DNA of 64,000 nt, from assembly GCA_965247525.1 (NCBI GenBank), contig OZ252015.1, forward strand, positions 1,567,485-1,631,484. The letters run 5' to 3'. Positions 18,766 to 28,296 of the stretch are shown in pieces. Made by a program: the position numbers and the translations under genes. How positions within the stretch are numbered: position 1 is the first letter of the stretch; each line of letters opens with the position of its first letter. The notes under the pieces are model-generated. The model did no database searches and was not told the DNA's origin. It saw only the letters and a list, made by a program, of their open reading frames with translations. This stretch comes from Hyphomicrobiales bacterium (GTDB lineage Bacteria > Pseudomonadota > Alphaproteobacteria > Rhizobiales > UBA4765).

Positions 18766-19083
18766 TTACACAAATGTGCCCTCGCAAGCCAGCACAAGCC
18801 CGAGCGCATCGCCCATCGGTTCGCTGATGATCCGATAAGTCTCGGCGCCGATCAGGATCAGATCGCCCTCGGTGATTGTCGCGGTCTGAGAGCGCCGGAT
18901 ATCGATACCGACGGTCGGCAACACGGCGCGGCTGTCCCCGAATTCCGCCATGCGGTCGGGCGACTTGCGGATGATGCGGACAGCGACGCCAGCGCCGACG
19001 CCGCCCGCCTTCCACAGCGCGTCTTCGCCGATATTGGGATCGGCGAAGAGCGCATCGATGGCCGAAGCGAAAGCGTCGATCAC
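18766..19083 (-). CDS. Head-tail joining / connector protein
   Basis: GTG at 19083 overlaps the upstream stop (GTGA). The product starts VIDAFASAIDALFADPNIGEDALW. About 105 aa, in the head-completion position. Confidence 0.5.
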   Translation of the reverse strand: MIDAFASAIDALFADPNIGEDALWKAGGVGAGVAVRIIRKSPDRMAEFGDSRAVLPTVGIDIRRSQTATITEGDLILIGAETYRIISEPMGDALGLVLACEGTFV

Positions 19084-19430
19084 GGATCGTTCGCCCGGAA
19101 GGAGGCATTGAGCCGAACACGGCCGGTGGTGTTGCCCGCGCCGCCCGCGACCGCCGCCGCTGCGACGCCAATCAGAAGGTTGGCGGTAGCAACGGTCGTG
19201 CAGCGCTTGTTGGTGTCGTCCCAATAGACGAGCGCGCCGACCGTCCAGGCCTGCGAGCCGATCTTTGTGAGTTCGAACACGCCGGTAAGATCGAGTGCAA
19301 CATCGGCAGACAGCGCGGCATCATTCGTGGCGACGCCGAAGAGTTGACCGACCTTTGCGCCCTGTCCTGAAGTGAGCGCATAGGGCGCGGGCACCACCAT
19401 CGTGTTGCCCAGCATGATGAAATTCCGCAT
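19080..19430 (-). CDS. DUF2190 family head decoration / cement protein
   Basis: 116 aa just downstream of the capsid gene. The sequence pattern GQLFGVA...GVFEL...G..VYWD is typical of DUF2190. Confidence 0.65.
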   Translation of the reverse strand: MRNFIMLGNTMVVPAPYALTSGQGAKVGQLFGVATNDAALSADVALDLTGVFELTKIGSQAWTVGALVYWDDTNKRCTTVATANLLIGVAAAAVAGGAGNTTGRVRLNASFRANDP

Positions 19431-19471
19431 GGGATGGGTCTCCTTGAGTTCGAGTTAGGACAGCGCCGCCG

Positions 19472-21526
19472 TCAGACGCCGGCGTTGAAGAACAGGCCGC
19501 GGAAGTCGATCGCCTTGGCGGCGAAGTCGTGCCTGATCTTGAATTCGACGCCATCGACCTCGAACCCTACGCGCTGATCGAGGAAGGGCTCGGACTGGCC
19601 TTCGAGGCGGCAGTATTCGATCGTGTCGATGGTCGCGGGATCAGCCGCCAGCCACCAGCGCTGCGCACCCGCCGTGTTGAAGAGGCGCGGCTCTTCGATC
19701 ACGTCGAAGGCGTTGGCGTAGGGGTTGACCTGAGACGCCTGGGCAGGCGTCGTCTGTGCGATGATCTTGCGCGCCTCGATGGCTCGCGTGCCCGGCGCCA
19801 CCAGAATATAGCGCGGGTAGTTGTTGATGATCTGATCGCCGGTGACGCCGGCAGGCGTCATCTCGCGCTGCTGCGTCATCAGTTCGATCGCCTGCGTGAG
19901 CGATGTCTCGGTGATTGCCGCCGCCGTGCCCTGGTTGGCGCGGCCCGCCGCCGCCGAGAACAGGGTGACGCCATCGGCCAGGAGCGGGTTCGAGAGAATC
20001 TCGTTGTAGACGAGACCGCTTTCGAGATCTGAAGCCTTCATGCCCGCCGTTCCGAGCGCCCGGTCGAAGGCGCGCAGATCGTCATTGACGATGGCCTGCC
20101 GGGTGAGCGCGACGATGCGGCCGAAGGTGGCGAGGCGATAGGTTTCCCGGCTTTCCGCGATGGTGCCATAGCTGAACTCGGCGCCTTCCATGACCGGCAG
20201 CAGGCCGGGGAAGTTGCCGATCTGCGTCGGGAACAGCGGCTTGAAGTCGGTCGTGGTGATGCCGCGCGTCCAGCGCTCGAAGGTGCGGGGCGCGGTCGTG
20301 TAAGCCTGCCGCAGACGCTTGCCAGCAACATTGGCGAGGATCAGCGGAAAATCGCTGGTGCCATGCGGCCCGGCATTACGGAGCGCGAGTTGCACCACCT
20401 CGTTTGCGGTCATGCCGCGGGTGCGGACGCCAACCTGTTGCAGGGTTTCGCGGGCGATTTCGACCAGCGACATGCCGCGATACTCCCGGGCGCGATCCGG
20501 CAGCGCATTCGCCGACGGTGCGAGCCGATGGACAATCGCTTCGGTGATGGCTTCGCGTCGGGTGACGGTTGCATCGAGCCCACCTGCCGGGAAGGAGATG
20601 GCGGTATGACCGACGCCGCGCTCATCGCGTTCGGCGAGCTTGTCGAGAATAACGCGGCGGGCTTCCTCGATGGCGACGCCGCGCGTGACGAGATCATCGG
20701 CAAAGGCGCGCTCGAGCCGGAAGCGGTCGGCAAGGCCGAAGATCGCCGCCACACGCTCGCGCTCTTCCGCGCGAACCTGATCGGCATTCGGCCCAGCAGG
20801 CGGCGGATCGGTCGGCGCGGGATTGGCGCGCTCGTTGGCGGCATGCGAGGGCGGCGCTTCCGGCGCGGCATCACGGTTCTGGACAGGTTCGTCCATGGCG
20901 GCAGTCTCCATCGTTCGGGTGTGGGAAGTGACGAGTTCAAAGGGAAAGGTCGGCGCTTCGTCCGCCGCGCGGACTTGCGCGCCGGGATCTGCGCCGACGG
21001 CGACGAAGGACAGTTCGTGCGGCGTCCAGCGCTCGACAAACCAGCGTTCAGGTTCGCCAACACGTTCGGGCCGTTCGACGCGTACCTTGTCGATGCGGTA
21101 GCCGACCGAGATGTTGCGGACGATCCCGTCAGTCACGAGCGCGAACAGGCGATCGGCGGCTTCATCGACGCCTGGCTTCGGGAAGCGCAAGCTTGCGCGG
21201 CCTTCGCCCTTGTCGATCCAGGCGCGTTCGACGACGCCGACAATGGCGCGCGTCGTCCATTGCGAATGGCTGTCGAGCACCGGCGCTCCGGCATCGAGGC
21301 GCGAGAGATCGACCGCATCGCGCGAGACCACAAGGATTTCCTCGTAATCGATCGCGGTATCAAAGCCGGTCCAGCGACGGCGGCGCACGGACGCTCCGGT
21401 GGTCCAGACGACTTCGACGGTTCGGGTCTCGGCTTCGATTGAGGCGACCGGCGCAAGCCGGGTCTGCATCGGCAGCGCATTCGCCATAGGCGGTGCGCCG
21501 CGCGAAGGCGGATGGGCAGGTTTCAT
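19472..21526 (-). CDS. Prohead protease - major capsid protein fusion
   Basis: The N-terminal ~200 aa is HK97-type prohead protease-like (LDSHSQWTTRAIVGVVE..., NISVGYRI). A Pro/Ala linker follows, then a C-terminal major capsid domain. An alternative start is ATG 21487. Confidence 0.75.
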   Translation of the reverse strand: MKPAHPPSRGAPPMANALPMQTRLAPVASIEAETRTVEVVWTTGASVRRRRWTGFDTAIDYEEILVVSRDAVDLSRLDAGAPVLDSHSQWTTRAIVGVVERAWIDKGEGRASLRFPKPGVDEAADRLFALVTDGIVRNISVGYRIDKVRVERPERVGEPERWFVERWTPHELSFVAVGADPGAQVRAADEAPTFPFELVTSHTRTMETAAMDEPVQNRDAAPEAPPSHAANERANPAPTDPPPAGPNADQVRAEERERVAAIFGLADRFRLERAFADDLVTRGVAIEEARRVILDKLAERDERGVGHTAISFPAGGLDATVTRREAITEAIVHRLAPSANALPDRAREYRGMSLVEIARETLQQVGVRTRGMTANEVVQLALRNAGPHGTSDFPLILANVAGKRLRQAYTTAPRTFERWTRGITTTDFKPLFPTQIGNFPGLLPVMEGAEFSYGTIAESRETYRLATFGRIVALTRQAIVNDDLRAFDRALGTAGMKASDLESGLVYNEILSNPLLADGVTLFSAAAGRANQGTAAAITETSLTQAIELMTQQREMTPAGVTGDQIINNYPRYILVAPGTRAIEARKIIAQTTPAQASQVNPYANAFDVIEEPRLFNTAGAQRWWLAADPATIDTIEYCRLEGQSEPFLDQRVGFEVDGVEFKIRHDFAAKAIDFRGLFFNAGV

Positions 21527-21543
21527 GGTGTCCTCGAAGTGGA

Positions 21544-23079
21544 TCAGTCGCCGGGCTTGGGCTTCGGCTTGCCCGGCAGCTCGTTGTCGGCAGCGTCGCT
21601 GGCCGGCTCGTTCGGATCGGGCTGCGCAGTTCCCGCCTTGGTCATCATGCGCGGATCGCTATCGAGCACGATCTTCAGCCGATCGAGCAGCGCATTCATT
21701 TCCGCGATTTCGCCCAGCTGTGAGGCGGGATCGTAACCCTGCCGGGCGATAGCCTGGGCGAGAGTCATGGTGCCCGAGCGCAGCATCAGAAGATCGGCCT
21801 GCGCGTCCTTCAGGGGATCGACGGCATCGAAGCGCGGCGGTTGCCATTCGACTTTGACCACGGGGTTCGGGATCAGGCCGGCGACCCAAGCCGCCTCGGT
21901 GAACCAGCGCCAGACCGGTTCGCAGAAGCCCGGGATCACCAATTGCCATTGCAGGGCATCGACCATGCGCCGGAACTCGACCAGACCACCGCGCAGGCTC
22001 GAATAGTTGACCTGAGACAGATCGCCGGTGAGCAATTCGTAAGGCACGCGGTATCCGGCGGCGATGATGTGCAACTGCGCCCGAAGCCATTCCGAGACGC
22101 CAGCCGTTGAAGCGGGCTGGTTGAACTTTATGTCCTTGCCGCCGCGCGCATAGGCGATCAGTCCGGGCTCGAATTGTTCAATGGTCTTGCCCTCGGCATC
22201 GACGACGGTCGGCGCCACGCCCTGATCAGCCTCGTCCGCACCGAGCACCACGCCAACGAGGCAAGCTTCGGTTTTCTTACGCACCAGTTCGGCGTTGGTC
22301 CAATCATCGAGATCGCGCATCGCCCGCATGGCCGGTGCGCCCCAGGGCACGCCGCGGCTTTGCACGCGCTGGCGCTCGAAGAGATGGGCGATGCCATCCG
22401 CAGGGACGCGCGCCGAGGTGAGGCTACGCGAGAGCGGCACGCTGGTATCGCCCGGATGATCGGGAAACAGCCAATAGGCGCGGCGTCGTCCGATAGAGTC
22501 ATATTCGATGCCGCGCACGATCCGCCCGCCGTCGGGAAGTGCGCCGATCTTGGTGTCGTCGAGGTGATCGGCTTCGAGAAGCTGAAGCTGCAAGGGCACG
22601 GGCAGCTTGTCTTCGGTGCGGCGGATGCGACGGCGCAGGAACACGTCGCCGCCTTCAATCATCTCGCGGACGGAAAGCGTGGTGAGTCCGTGGAAATCGG
22701 CGAGACCATCGGCATCCGATCGCGCTGCCCAGGCTTCCCAGAGTTCATTGATCTTGTTGTCGAGCGCATCCGTTCCGGTCGCCGCGCGCGGCCTGATCCC
22801 GGCGCCGACAATGTTGTTCACCAGCACCGCCACGGCCTTCGCCGCGTGCGGATTGTTGCGTGTCAGATCCCGCATGCGGTCGCGCAACCGCGACGCGCCG
22901 GAAGCGATTTCGCCATCGGCGGAGCTGGACGACGACCGCCAGCCGTCGGTGCGCCGTCCAACCGCTGCGCCGTCATAAGCGCGCGCCAGCTTCTCGAACG
23001 CCTGGCGTTCCAGAAGCCGCTTGCGGGCGGCGCCCGGCGCGACGCTGGCGATGGCGCGGTCGATCCAGTTTGCGGCCAT
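21544..23079 (-). CDS. Portal protein, lambda family
   Basis: N-terminal WIDRAIASVAPGAARKRLLERQAFE...YDGA...GRRTDGW and RNNPHAAKAV are typical of lambda gpB-type portals. Confidence 0.85.
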   Translation of the reverse strand: MAANWIDRAIASVAPGAARKRLLERQAFEKLARAYDGAAVGRRTDGWRSSSSSADGEIASGASRLRDRMRDLTRNNPHAAKAVAVLVNNIVGAGIRPRAATGTDALDNKINELWEAWAARSDADGLADFHGLTTLSVREMIEGGDVFLRRRIRRTEDKLPVPLQLQLLEADHLDDTKIGALPDGGRIVRGIEYDSIGRRRAYWLFPDHPGDTSVPLSRSLTSARVPADGIAHLFERQRVQSRGVPWGAPAMRAMRDLDDWTNAELVRKKTEACLVGVVLGADEADQGVAPTVVDAEGKTIEQFEPGLIAYARGGKDIKFNQPASTAGVSEWLRAQLHIIAAGYRVPYELLTGDLSQVNYSSLRGGLVEFRRMVDALQWQLVIPGFCEPVWRWFTEAAWVAGLIPNPVVKVEWQPPRFDAVDPLKDAQADLLMLRSGTMTLAQAIARQGYDPASQLGEIAEMNALLDRLKIVLDSDPRMMTKAGTAQPDPNEPASDAADNELPGKPKPKPGD

Positions 23080-23288
23080 CAGCGATCACCGCGGCCGAAG
23101 CTGGCAAATCCGGCGATGGGGCGCGGGTTGCCGGACGTGCTGGCGATCTCGGTCTCGATCGTGCGAATGCGCTTCAAGAGATCGTCCGCCGAGCCATACT
23201 CAACCGTCTTGCCGTCATAGGTAACCCGCAGCGTTCCGCCCGCGAAGGCGCGCTTCAGCGCATCGAGTTCGGTCTGCGTCCAGGGCAT
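23079..23288 (-). CDS. gpW-like head-tail joining protein
   Basis: MPWTQTELDALKRAFAGGTLRVTYDGKTVEYGSADDLLKRI, about 69 aa, between terminase and portal as in lambda. The listed ORF extends to 23324. Confidence 0.65.
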   Translation of the reverse strand: MPWTQTELDALKRAFAGGTLRVTYDGKTVEYGSADDLLKRIRTIETEIASTSGNPRPIAGFASFGRGDR

Positions 23289-23307
23289 CGGAAATCCCGC
23301 GAAAAGT

Positions 23308-25299
23308 TCAGAACCATTTGTCACGTCGTCCGAGCCAGTCGGAGCGGCGCACGGGCGCGGTCGTGGGCGTGAGACCGCGCTGATCGACGGGCCTTGCTTC
23401 GTCCTCGGCTGCTACCCGAAGCTCTTCTTCGAGTGTCTCGAACTTGGCGTCGTCGAAGCGGTCGATCCCGAGCAGCCAGGCGGCGGCGCGGGCATAGACT
23501 CGGCAATCGAGCGCCTCGTTGCGCTCGCGCATCTGCCGCCATTCGAGTTTCGAGAAGCCGCGGCGGTCGCGAACCGTCACCAGCTGCTCGGCGACAAGCT
23601 GCTTCACCCATTCGGCGGTCACGCTCTTCGGCAGGTGCACGAAGCCGTCCGGAAACGGCGTGTCGGCGGCGAGTTCTTCATCGGTAGGGCGGTCAAGCCG
23701 CAGGAAGCGATAGGTCTCCGACTTGAAAACGGCGACCGAGACCTTCCAGAGCTTCACGCCGCGCCGGATCGTGCGGCCATGCTCGTTGACATCGACATAG
23801 GTCGGGCCATCGACCGGGGTTGATCGGTCGAATCCCTCGACGCCCTTGATCGCGAGCGCCTGGCCGACACCGACGCGCCGCACCCAGCTATAGACGGCGG
23901 CGGTGTTGCGCCCATCGCCCGAGTCGATCGCAAGCCGCGCGATCCGCATCCGTGCACCGTTCTCATGGCTCCACGTTTGGCCGAGCAAAGCGGTGAGATT
24001 TCCCCAAACCTCCTCGCGGGACGTGTCGCCTTCGAGCACGATGTGTTCGACGAGCGCGCTGGTGAGCCGTCGGCCCCACGCCCAGATATCGACCTCGATC
24101 CGGTCGTGCTGGACGTCGGCGCCTGCCGTGAGGATCAGGCCACACATTGGCACCAGCGGCGCGAAATCTTCCCGCCGCTCGTAGAGGCGCTGCCAATCCG
24201 GCGCTTCGCCGCGTTCCTGCCACGTCTCGCCGAGCAGCGTGTTCTTTGCGGCCTTGAGCGCCGCATCATCGCCCTGGGCGGCTTCCCATTCGCGGGCGAT
24301 ATCGGCCCAGCCGAGCCAGCCCACAGGCGAATAGAGCCCGGAGATGTGAAAGCCGACGCAATGCGGATCAGCTGGCGTGGCGGTCGCACGCCATTCACCC
24401 GCCGACAGCATCGCCGTCTTGTGGTGCTCGGCGATCGGTTGATCGCAACCCTCGCAATGATAGGAGGCGCTCGCCGGTTCACCGCTGGTCCACTTCAGTC
24501 GCTCGAACTTGAGCCATTGCAGCATCCCGCAATGCGGGCACGGCACGAAGAAGCGGCGCTGATCGCTTGCCTCGAATTCGCGTTCGATCCGCGAAAGGCC
24601 CTTTATCGTCGGCGTTGAAACCAGAAACACCTTGGCGCGGTGGCCGAAGGTGCGCGTGCGGGCGATGGCGAGCGCGACTGGATCGCCTTCGCCATCCACA
24701 TCGCCCTCATAGGCGTCCACCTCGTCGAGGAAGACGTAACGCGCCGGCATCGACCGCAGACCAACGGCAGAATTGGCACCGGTCAGGACGAGCTGCCCGC
24801 CAGCGAATTTCTTGGCGAGCACCGTGTTCCCGCTATCGCGCGAGCGCGACGGCAGGATCAGCGCCCGAAGTTCCGGACTTTCATCGATCAGCGGCTCAAT
24901 GCGCTGTTGTGACAGGCGCTTTGCGAGATCGGTCGTCGGCTGAACGCCGAGGAACGGACCCGGCGCCTGATGGATACAGTAGCCGATCCAGTTGTTACCG
25001 GCCTCGGTCGCGCCGACCTGCGCCGCTTTCATGAACACGATCCGCCGGGCCGAACTGCCGGGCGAGAGCGCATCCATGACGCCGCGCATGTAGGGCGTCC
25101 GGTCGGTGCGATAGCGGCCCGCCTCGGACGAGGCGCGCGAGGACAGAAAGCGATAACGATCCGCCCAGGCCGAAACCGTCAGCGCCGGATCGGGCGCAAG
25201 GCCGCGGCTCCATGCGGTGATGATCTCCGCGCGTCCGTCGAAGCCTTCATCGAAGCTCGATGCCGATTTGGCTGAGTTCTTCGAGATGGCGTCGGACAT
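23308..25299 (-). CDS. Terminase large subunit, GpA family
   Basis: 663 aa. Motifs TPYMRGVMDALSP and VFMKAAQVGATE (Walker A-like) are typical of lambda gpA-type terminases. Confidence 0.85.
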   Translation of the reverse strand: MSDAISKNSAKSASSFDEGFDGRAEIITAWSRGLAPDPALTVSAWADRYRFLSSRASSEAGRYRTDRTPYMRGVMDALSPGSSARRIVFMKAAQVGATEAGNNWIGYCIHQAPGPFLGVQPTTDLAKRLSQQRIEPLIDESPELRALILPSRSRDSGNTVLAKKFAGGQLVLTGANSAVGLRSMPARYVFLDEVDAYEGDVDGEGDPVALAIARTRTFGHRAKVFLVSTPTIKGLSRIEREFEASDQRRFFVPCPHCGMLQWLKFERLKWTSGEPASASYHCEGCDQPIAEHHKTAMLSAGEWRATATPADPHCVGFHISGLYSPVGWLGWADIAREWEAAQGDDAALKAAKNTLLGETWQERGEAPDWQRLYERREDFAPLVPMCGLILTAGADVQHDRIEVDIWAWGRRLTSALVEHIVLEGDTSREEVWGNLTALLGQTWSHENGARMRIARLAIDSGDGRNTAAVYSWVRRVGVGQALAIKGVEGFDRSTPVDGPTYVDVNEHGRTIRRGVKLWKVSVAVFKSETYRFLRLDRPTDEELAADTPFPDGFVHLPKSVTAEWVKQLVAEQLVTVRDRRGFSKLEWRQMRERNEALDCRVYARAAAWLLGIDRFDDAKFETLEEELRVAAEDEARPVDQRGLTPTTAPVRRSDWLGRRDKWF

Positions 25300-25834
25300 G
25301 GGCTTCGAGAACCTGCTCGCAGCGGTGAGGATCGATTTGCAGTTCGGCGGCGATCAGGGCGGCGGCGCGCGCCGGCCATTGCACCCAGGCGTCGCGTTCG
25401 CGCCTGGCGAGCGCAAAGACCGTTGAGACAGCGCGCGAGCGATCCACGAGGTCGCCCTTGAGCTTGCCAAGGCGGATGCGGCGCTCCTGCGCCTTGATCA
25501 CCTCATTGGCGGTGCGCGCCTGGACGAAGGTCATGTTGCCGGCGGCGGGCGCGGGCTCGCCGCTTTCGCGCAAGGTTTCACGGACGGCTTCGACTGCCGC
25601 CATCGGCACCGGACGCGGCGTGCCGCGCGGTGGCGGCGGCGATTTCGCCACGGGGCGAACCTGCGCGGGATCAGAGCTCGATCCCCAGGCGCGATCCGCC
25701 TTCTCGGGATCGATCGTGCCGTCGTCCTCAACGGTGATCCGGCCCGAGGCGATGGCCTTTCGAACCGCCATGTCGGAGACGCCGCGATGGCGCGCATAGG
25801 CCCTTCGCGACAGACCCATGGGCTGCGCTCCCAA
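25247..25834 (-). CDS. Terminase small subunit-like HTH protein
   Basis: N-terminal HTH LSRRAYARHRGVSDMAVRKAIASGRI. It overlaps the terminase large subunit start. The likely start is ATG 25819. Confidence 0.55.
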   Translation of the reverse strand: MGAQPMGLSRRAYARHRGVSDMAVRKAIASGRITVEDDGTIDPEKADRAWGSSSDPAQVRPVAKSPPPPRGTPRPVPMAAVEAVRETLRESGEPAPAAGNMTFVQARTANEVIKAQERRIRLGKLKGDLVDRSRAVSTVFALARRERDAWVQWPARAAALIAAELQIDPHRCEQVLEAHVRRHLEELSQIGIELR

Positions 25835-25927
25835 TCGAAAATAATGAGCGATTAGAGCGACTTAGGAGTTGCTCCGATTTGTGTGTCGAGGCTGTCTGCG
25901 ACGCGTCCTAACCCACGGAGATCGCTC

Positions 25928-26179
25928 ATGAAAAGCCGCCGCAAAGTTTATCCCGCCGACGCCGCCAACGCTGCAGTTCTCGCCCAAGCCGTTCGCTTCG
26001 ACGTTGCCCTGTTCCTCGGAACCGGGCGCTACGCGAGGGCAAGCGCACTGAGCCTTGAAGATGCGCGGATCGAAGCGATGCGCCTCGTCGCCGAGAACCC
26101 GACCCCGTTCGGCAAGCGCCTTCCGCTGATCTACGGCGTCACCGCCGAAGGCCGCTCGGCGCTTGTCACTTCGAACTGA
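25928..26179 (+). CDS. Hypothetical protein (opposite-strand insert)
   Basis: ATG 25928 has a GGAG RBS. 83 aa, with no recognisable motif. Confidence 0.4.
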   Translation: MKSRRKVYPADAANAAVLAQAVRFDVALFLGTGRYARASALSLEDARIEAMRLVAENPTPFGKRLPLIYGVTAEGRSALVTSN

Positions 26180-26203
26180 ACCCAATCCTGAAGGAGCACG
26201 ACC

Positions 26204-26656
26204 ATGACCACGGAAGCCACGACCTACGACAAGAAGTTCAACGCCCAGCGCGGTGCGCAGCGTATCGGGTTGAAGCCCGGCGAGTTCGAAGTTTTCAAGA
26301 CGCCCGATGGCCGGTTCGGCTGGCAGGCAATTGCGCCCGCCAGCGACGACCAAGCGCCGATCCAGATCACTGAGCCCGAGCAGGCAACATCGCCGACCAG
26401 CCCAAAGCCCGGCAAGCGCAAGGCGATCATCGAGCGGGCGCAGGCTGGCGCGCTTCCGGCAGCGCCGGATTTCTCAAAACCGACGCATGCGCGGTTTCGG
26501 GCGAAGCTCGCCAAGCTGGTAGCGTTTGCCGAGGCGGGCGATGTCGAAGGCCTCAAGGCCATCGAGATCAACCCGGTTTCAACGAGCCCGAAGGCGATGG
26601 CGCGTTATCGCGATCTGGCGATCATCGCCATCGAGGCGCGCCGCATGGCGGCATGA
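26204..26656 (+). CDS. Hypothetical protein (opposite-strand insert)
   Basis: ATG with a GAAGGAG RBS. 150 aa, with no recognisable motif. Confidence 0.45.
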   Translation: MTTEATTYDKKFNAQRGAQRIGLKPGEFEVFKTPDGRFGWQAIAPASDDQAPIQITEPEQATSPTSPKPGKRKAIIERAQAGALPAAPDFSKPTHARFRAKLAKLVAFAEAGDVEGLKAIEINPVSTSPKAMARYRDLAIIAIEARRMAA

Positions 26657-27361
26657 TCAGGGCCGAGCAGGCCCAGCGACATTCCAGAACACGACGCGGC
26701 CCGGACCTTTCCGGGCCGTCATCGTCTCCCAAGCCTTCGCATCATAGTGCGGATCGGACGGAAACGGCGATATCGCTTTCGCGACATAGGAGAATGGGCG
26801 CGGATAGACGTGAATCGTGGCGTTCGCCACGTCCTCGCGCGCAAGTTCCCGCCCGACCTGAACGGCATGACGCCGGGCACGAGGCCATGCTTTCGCCAGC
26901 GCCCGGGCAAGCACGCCGGAACCAGCCGCACACCAGACTTCATCGGGATCAAGCCCGGTTGCGAGCGCCGCGTCCGCGAGGCGCGTGATGGCCTCCGGCA
27001 GATCGACGCCGAACGGCACCAACTGTGCGCCGTTCGCTTTTGTATAGTCTTTCGCGCGGGCCTGAACGACCGAGAGATAGCCGGGCCGAACCGGCACTAC
27101 CTTCGCGCCGAGCCTTGCCGCTTCCAGCGTTCGCGGATGGAGCTTCGCCCGCGCCGCGACGAAGATCGTCGCGCGCTTGCCGAGATCCTTCGCGACGGTC
27201 GCGAGCGCGGTTTGCGCGCCGCCCTCAGCCGGGCTGGCGTAGACGGCTTCCTCAACGCCTTCGAACAGCACCGGCATGAACCGCGCTTTCGTGCCGCCCG
27301 GATAAAGATCATCGCGGATCACTGATACGCCGCCGTGCTCACGGACAATCGGCGCCGTCAT
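26657..27361 (-). CDS. PLP-dependent enzyme, short ACC-deaminase / D-cysteine desulfhydrase-like fold
   Basis: ATG 27361 overlaps the upstream stop (ATGA). IRDDLYPGGTKARF matches the GGNKxRK PLP-lysine motif, VWCAAGSGVLARAL matches the phosphate loop, and SDPHYDAKAW matches DPvYtgKa. The long N-terminal extension of the listed ORF is rejected. Confidence 0.65.
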   Translation of the reverse strand: MTAPIVREHGGVSVIRDDLYPGGTKARFMPVLFEGVEEAVYASPAEGGAQTALATVAKDLGKRATIFVAARAKLHPRTLEAARLGAKVVPVRPGYLSVVQARAKDYTKANGAQLVPFGVDLPEAITRLADAALATGLDPDEVWCAAGSGVLARALAKAWPRARRHAVQVGRELAREDVANATIHVYPRPFSYVAKAISPFPSDPHYDAKAWETMTARKGPGRVVFWNVAGPARP

Positions 27362-28296
27362 AGCTGCACTTCCTCGATTTCGCCGAATTCGACCTCGCCG
27401 CAGGCTTCCGTTGCGCGCCGCGGATCGCCCTTCACGAACACCAGCACGCTTTGATGCGTGCGCCCAAGTTTGCGCGCGGCGGTGAACTGGCGGCCTGTGC
27501 GGATCGGCAGCGAGCCGACGGCGGTCACGAGGATCGCCTCGTTGTAAAAGCGCGCGCCCGCCGCCTCGAAGGCTTCGACCGTTCGGCCTGGCAGGTTGAC
27601 GTAGAAGCCGCGGTCGTCGCGCACATCGCCGACAACCCAAACCGCGAAGCGATCCTCCTTCAACCGGGCGACAACGGCGGCAATGATCGCGGCCTGCGCT
27701 TCGAAAAATGACGCCTCATCCATAGTCGAAAGGTCGGCGGGATCGTCGGAATAGCGTTCGAGATTCCAATAGGGCGGGCAGGAAAAGATCAAGTCGGCCG
27801 AGACATCCGCGGCAATAGCGCCGAGATCGCGCGCGTCGCCGACGCGCCATTCCGGCAACGGTTCGGCGGCGATGGCGCCCTGCGCGCGGTTCGCCTCAAC
27901 CTGCTCGGGCCGAAGTTCGATCCCGACATAACGGCGACCAAGCCGCGAGGCGACGATGCCTCGCACCGAGCCACCCGCGAAGGGATCGAGCACGGTTCCG
28001 CCTTGCGGACAGAACCAGCGATAGGCGATCTCGCACAAGACTGGATCGAAGATCGAGGTGCCGGAAGCGGTCGGCGCGTCCGACGCCTCATAGTGACCGC
28101 CAAGGAATTCTTCCGTCGTCAGCTCGCGGCCAAGTTCGGCTTCGCGGGCGCGCTTCTTCGCATAGAAGCCCGGATCGGCCGACGTGTGCGAGGGCATCAG
28201 CACGCCATTGTTGGTCTTGGCATTCGTTTGCGCGCCGACCTTATGCTCGCCGCGCATCAGATCCTGGCCGAAGGTGCGGGCGAGGCATTTAGCCAT
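27358..28296 (-). CDS. DNA methyltransferase core (N6-adenine / N4-cytosine type)
   Basis: TSIFDPVLCEIAYRWFCPQGGTVLDPFAGGSVRG is the SAM-binding motif I. DLIFSCPPYWNLERY is the catalytic (S/D)PPY motif IV. Confidence 0.8.
   Translation of the reverse strand: MAKCLARTFGQDLMRGEHKVGAQTNAKTNNGVLMPSHTSADPGFYAKKRAREAELGRELTTEEFLGGHYEASDAPTASGTSIFDPVLCEIAYRWFCPQGGTVLDPFAGGSVRGIVASRLGRRYVGIELRPEQVEANRAQGAIAAEPLPEWRVGDARDLGAIAADVSADLIFSCPPYWNLERYSDDPADLSTMDEASFFEAQAAIIAAVVARLKEDRFAVWVVGDVRDDRGFYVNLPGRTVEAFEAAGARFYNEAILVTAVGSLPIRTGRQFTAARKLGRTHQSVLVFVKGDPRRATEACGEVEFGEIEEVQL

Noticed and set aside
25862-26353. A 163-aa minus-strand ORF spanning the two plus-strand hypothetical genes.
   Set aside because: It is an off-frame ORF with low-complexity product and no RBS. 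The plus-strand ORFs have good RBSs.
26657-27640. The 327-aa version of the PLP enzyme ORF. Similarly, the 339-aa version of the RuvC ORF (30672..31691), the 312-aa version of the nuclease ORF (36416..37354) and the 477-aa version of the Dcm ORF (34364..35797).
   Set aside because: The N-terminal extensions are Arg-rich nonsense that overlaps the upstream genes. Internal ATGs with an RBS or ATGA coupling fit the family N-termini.
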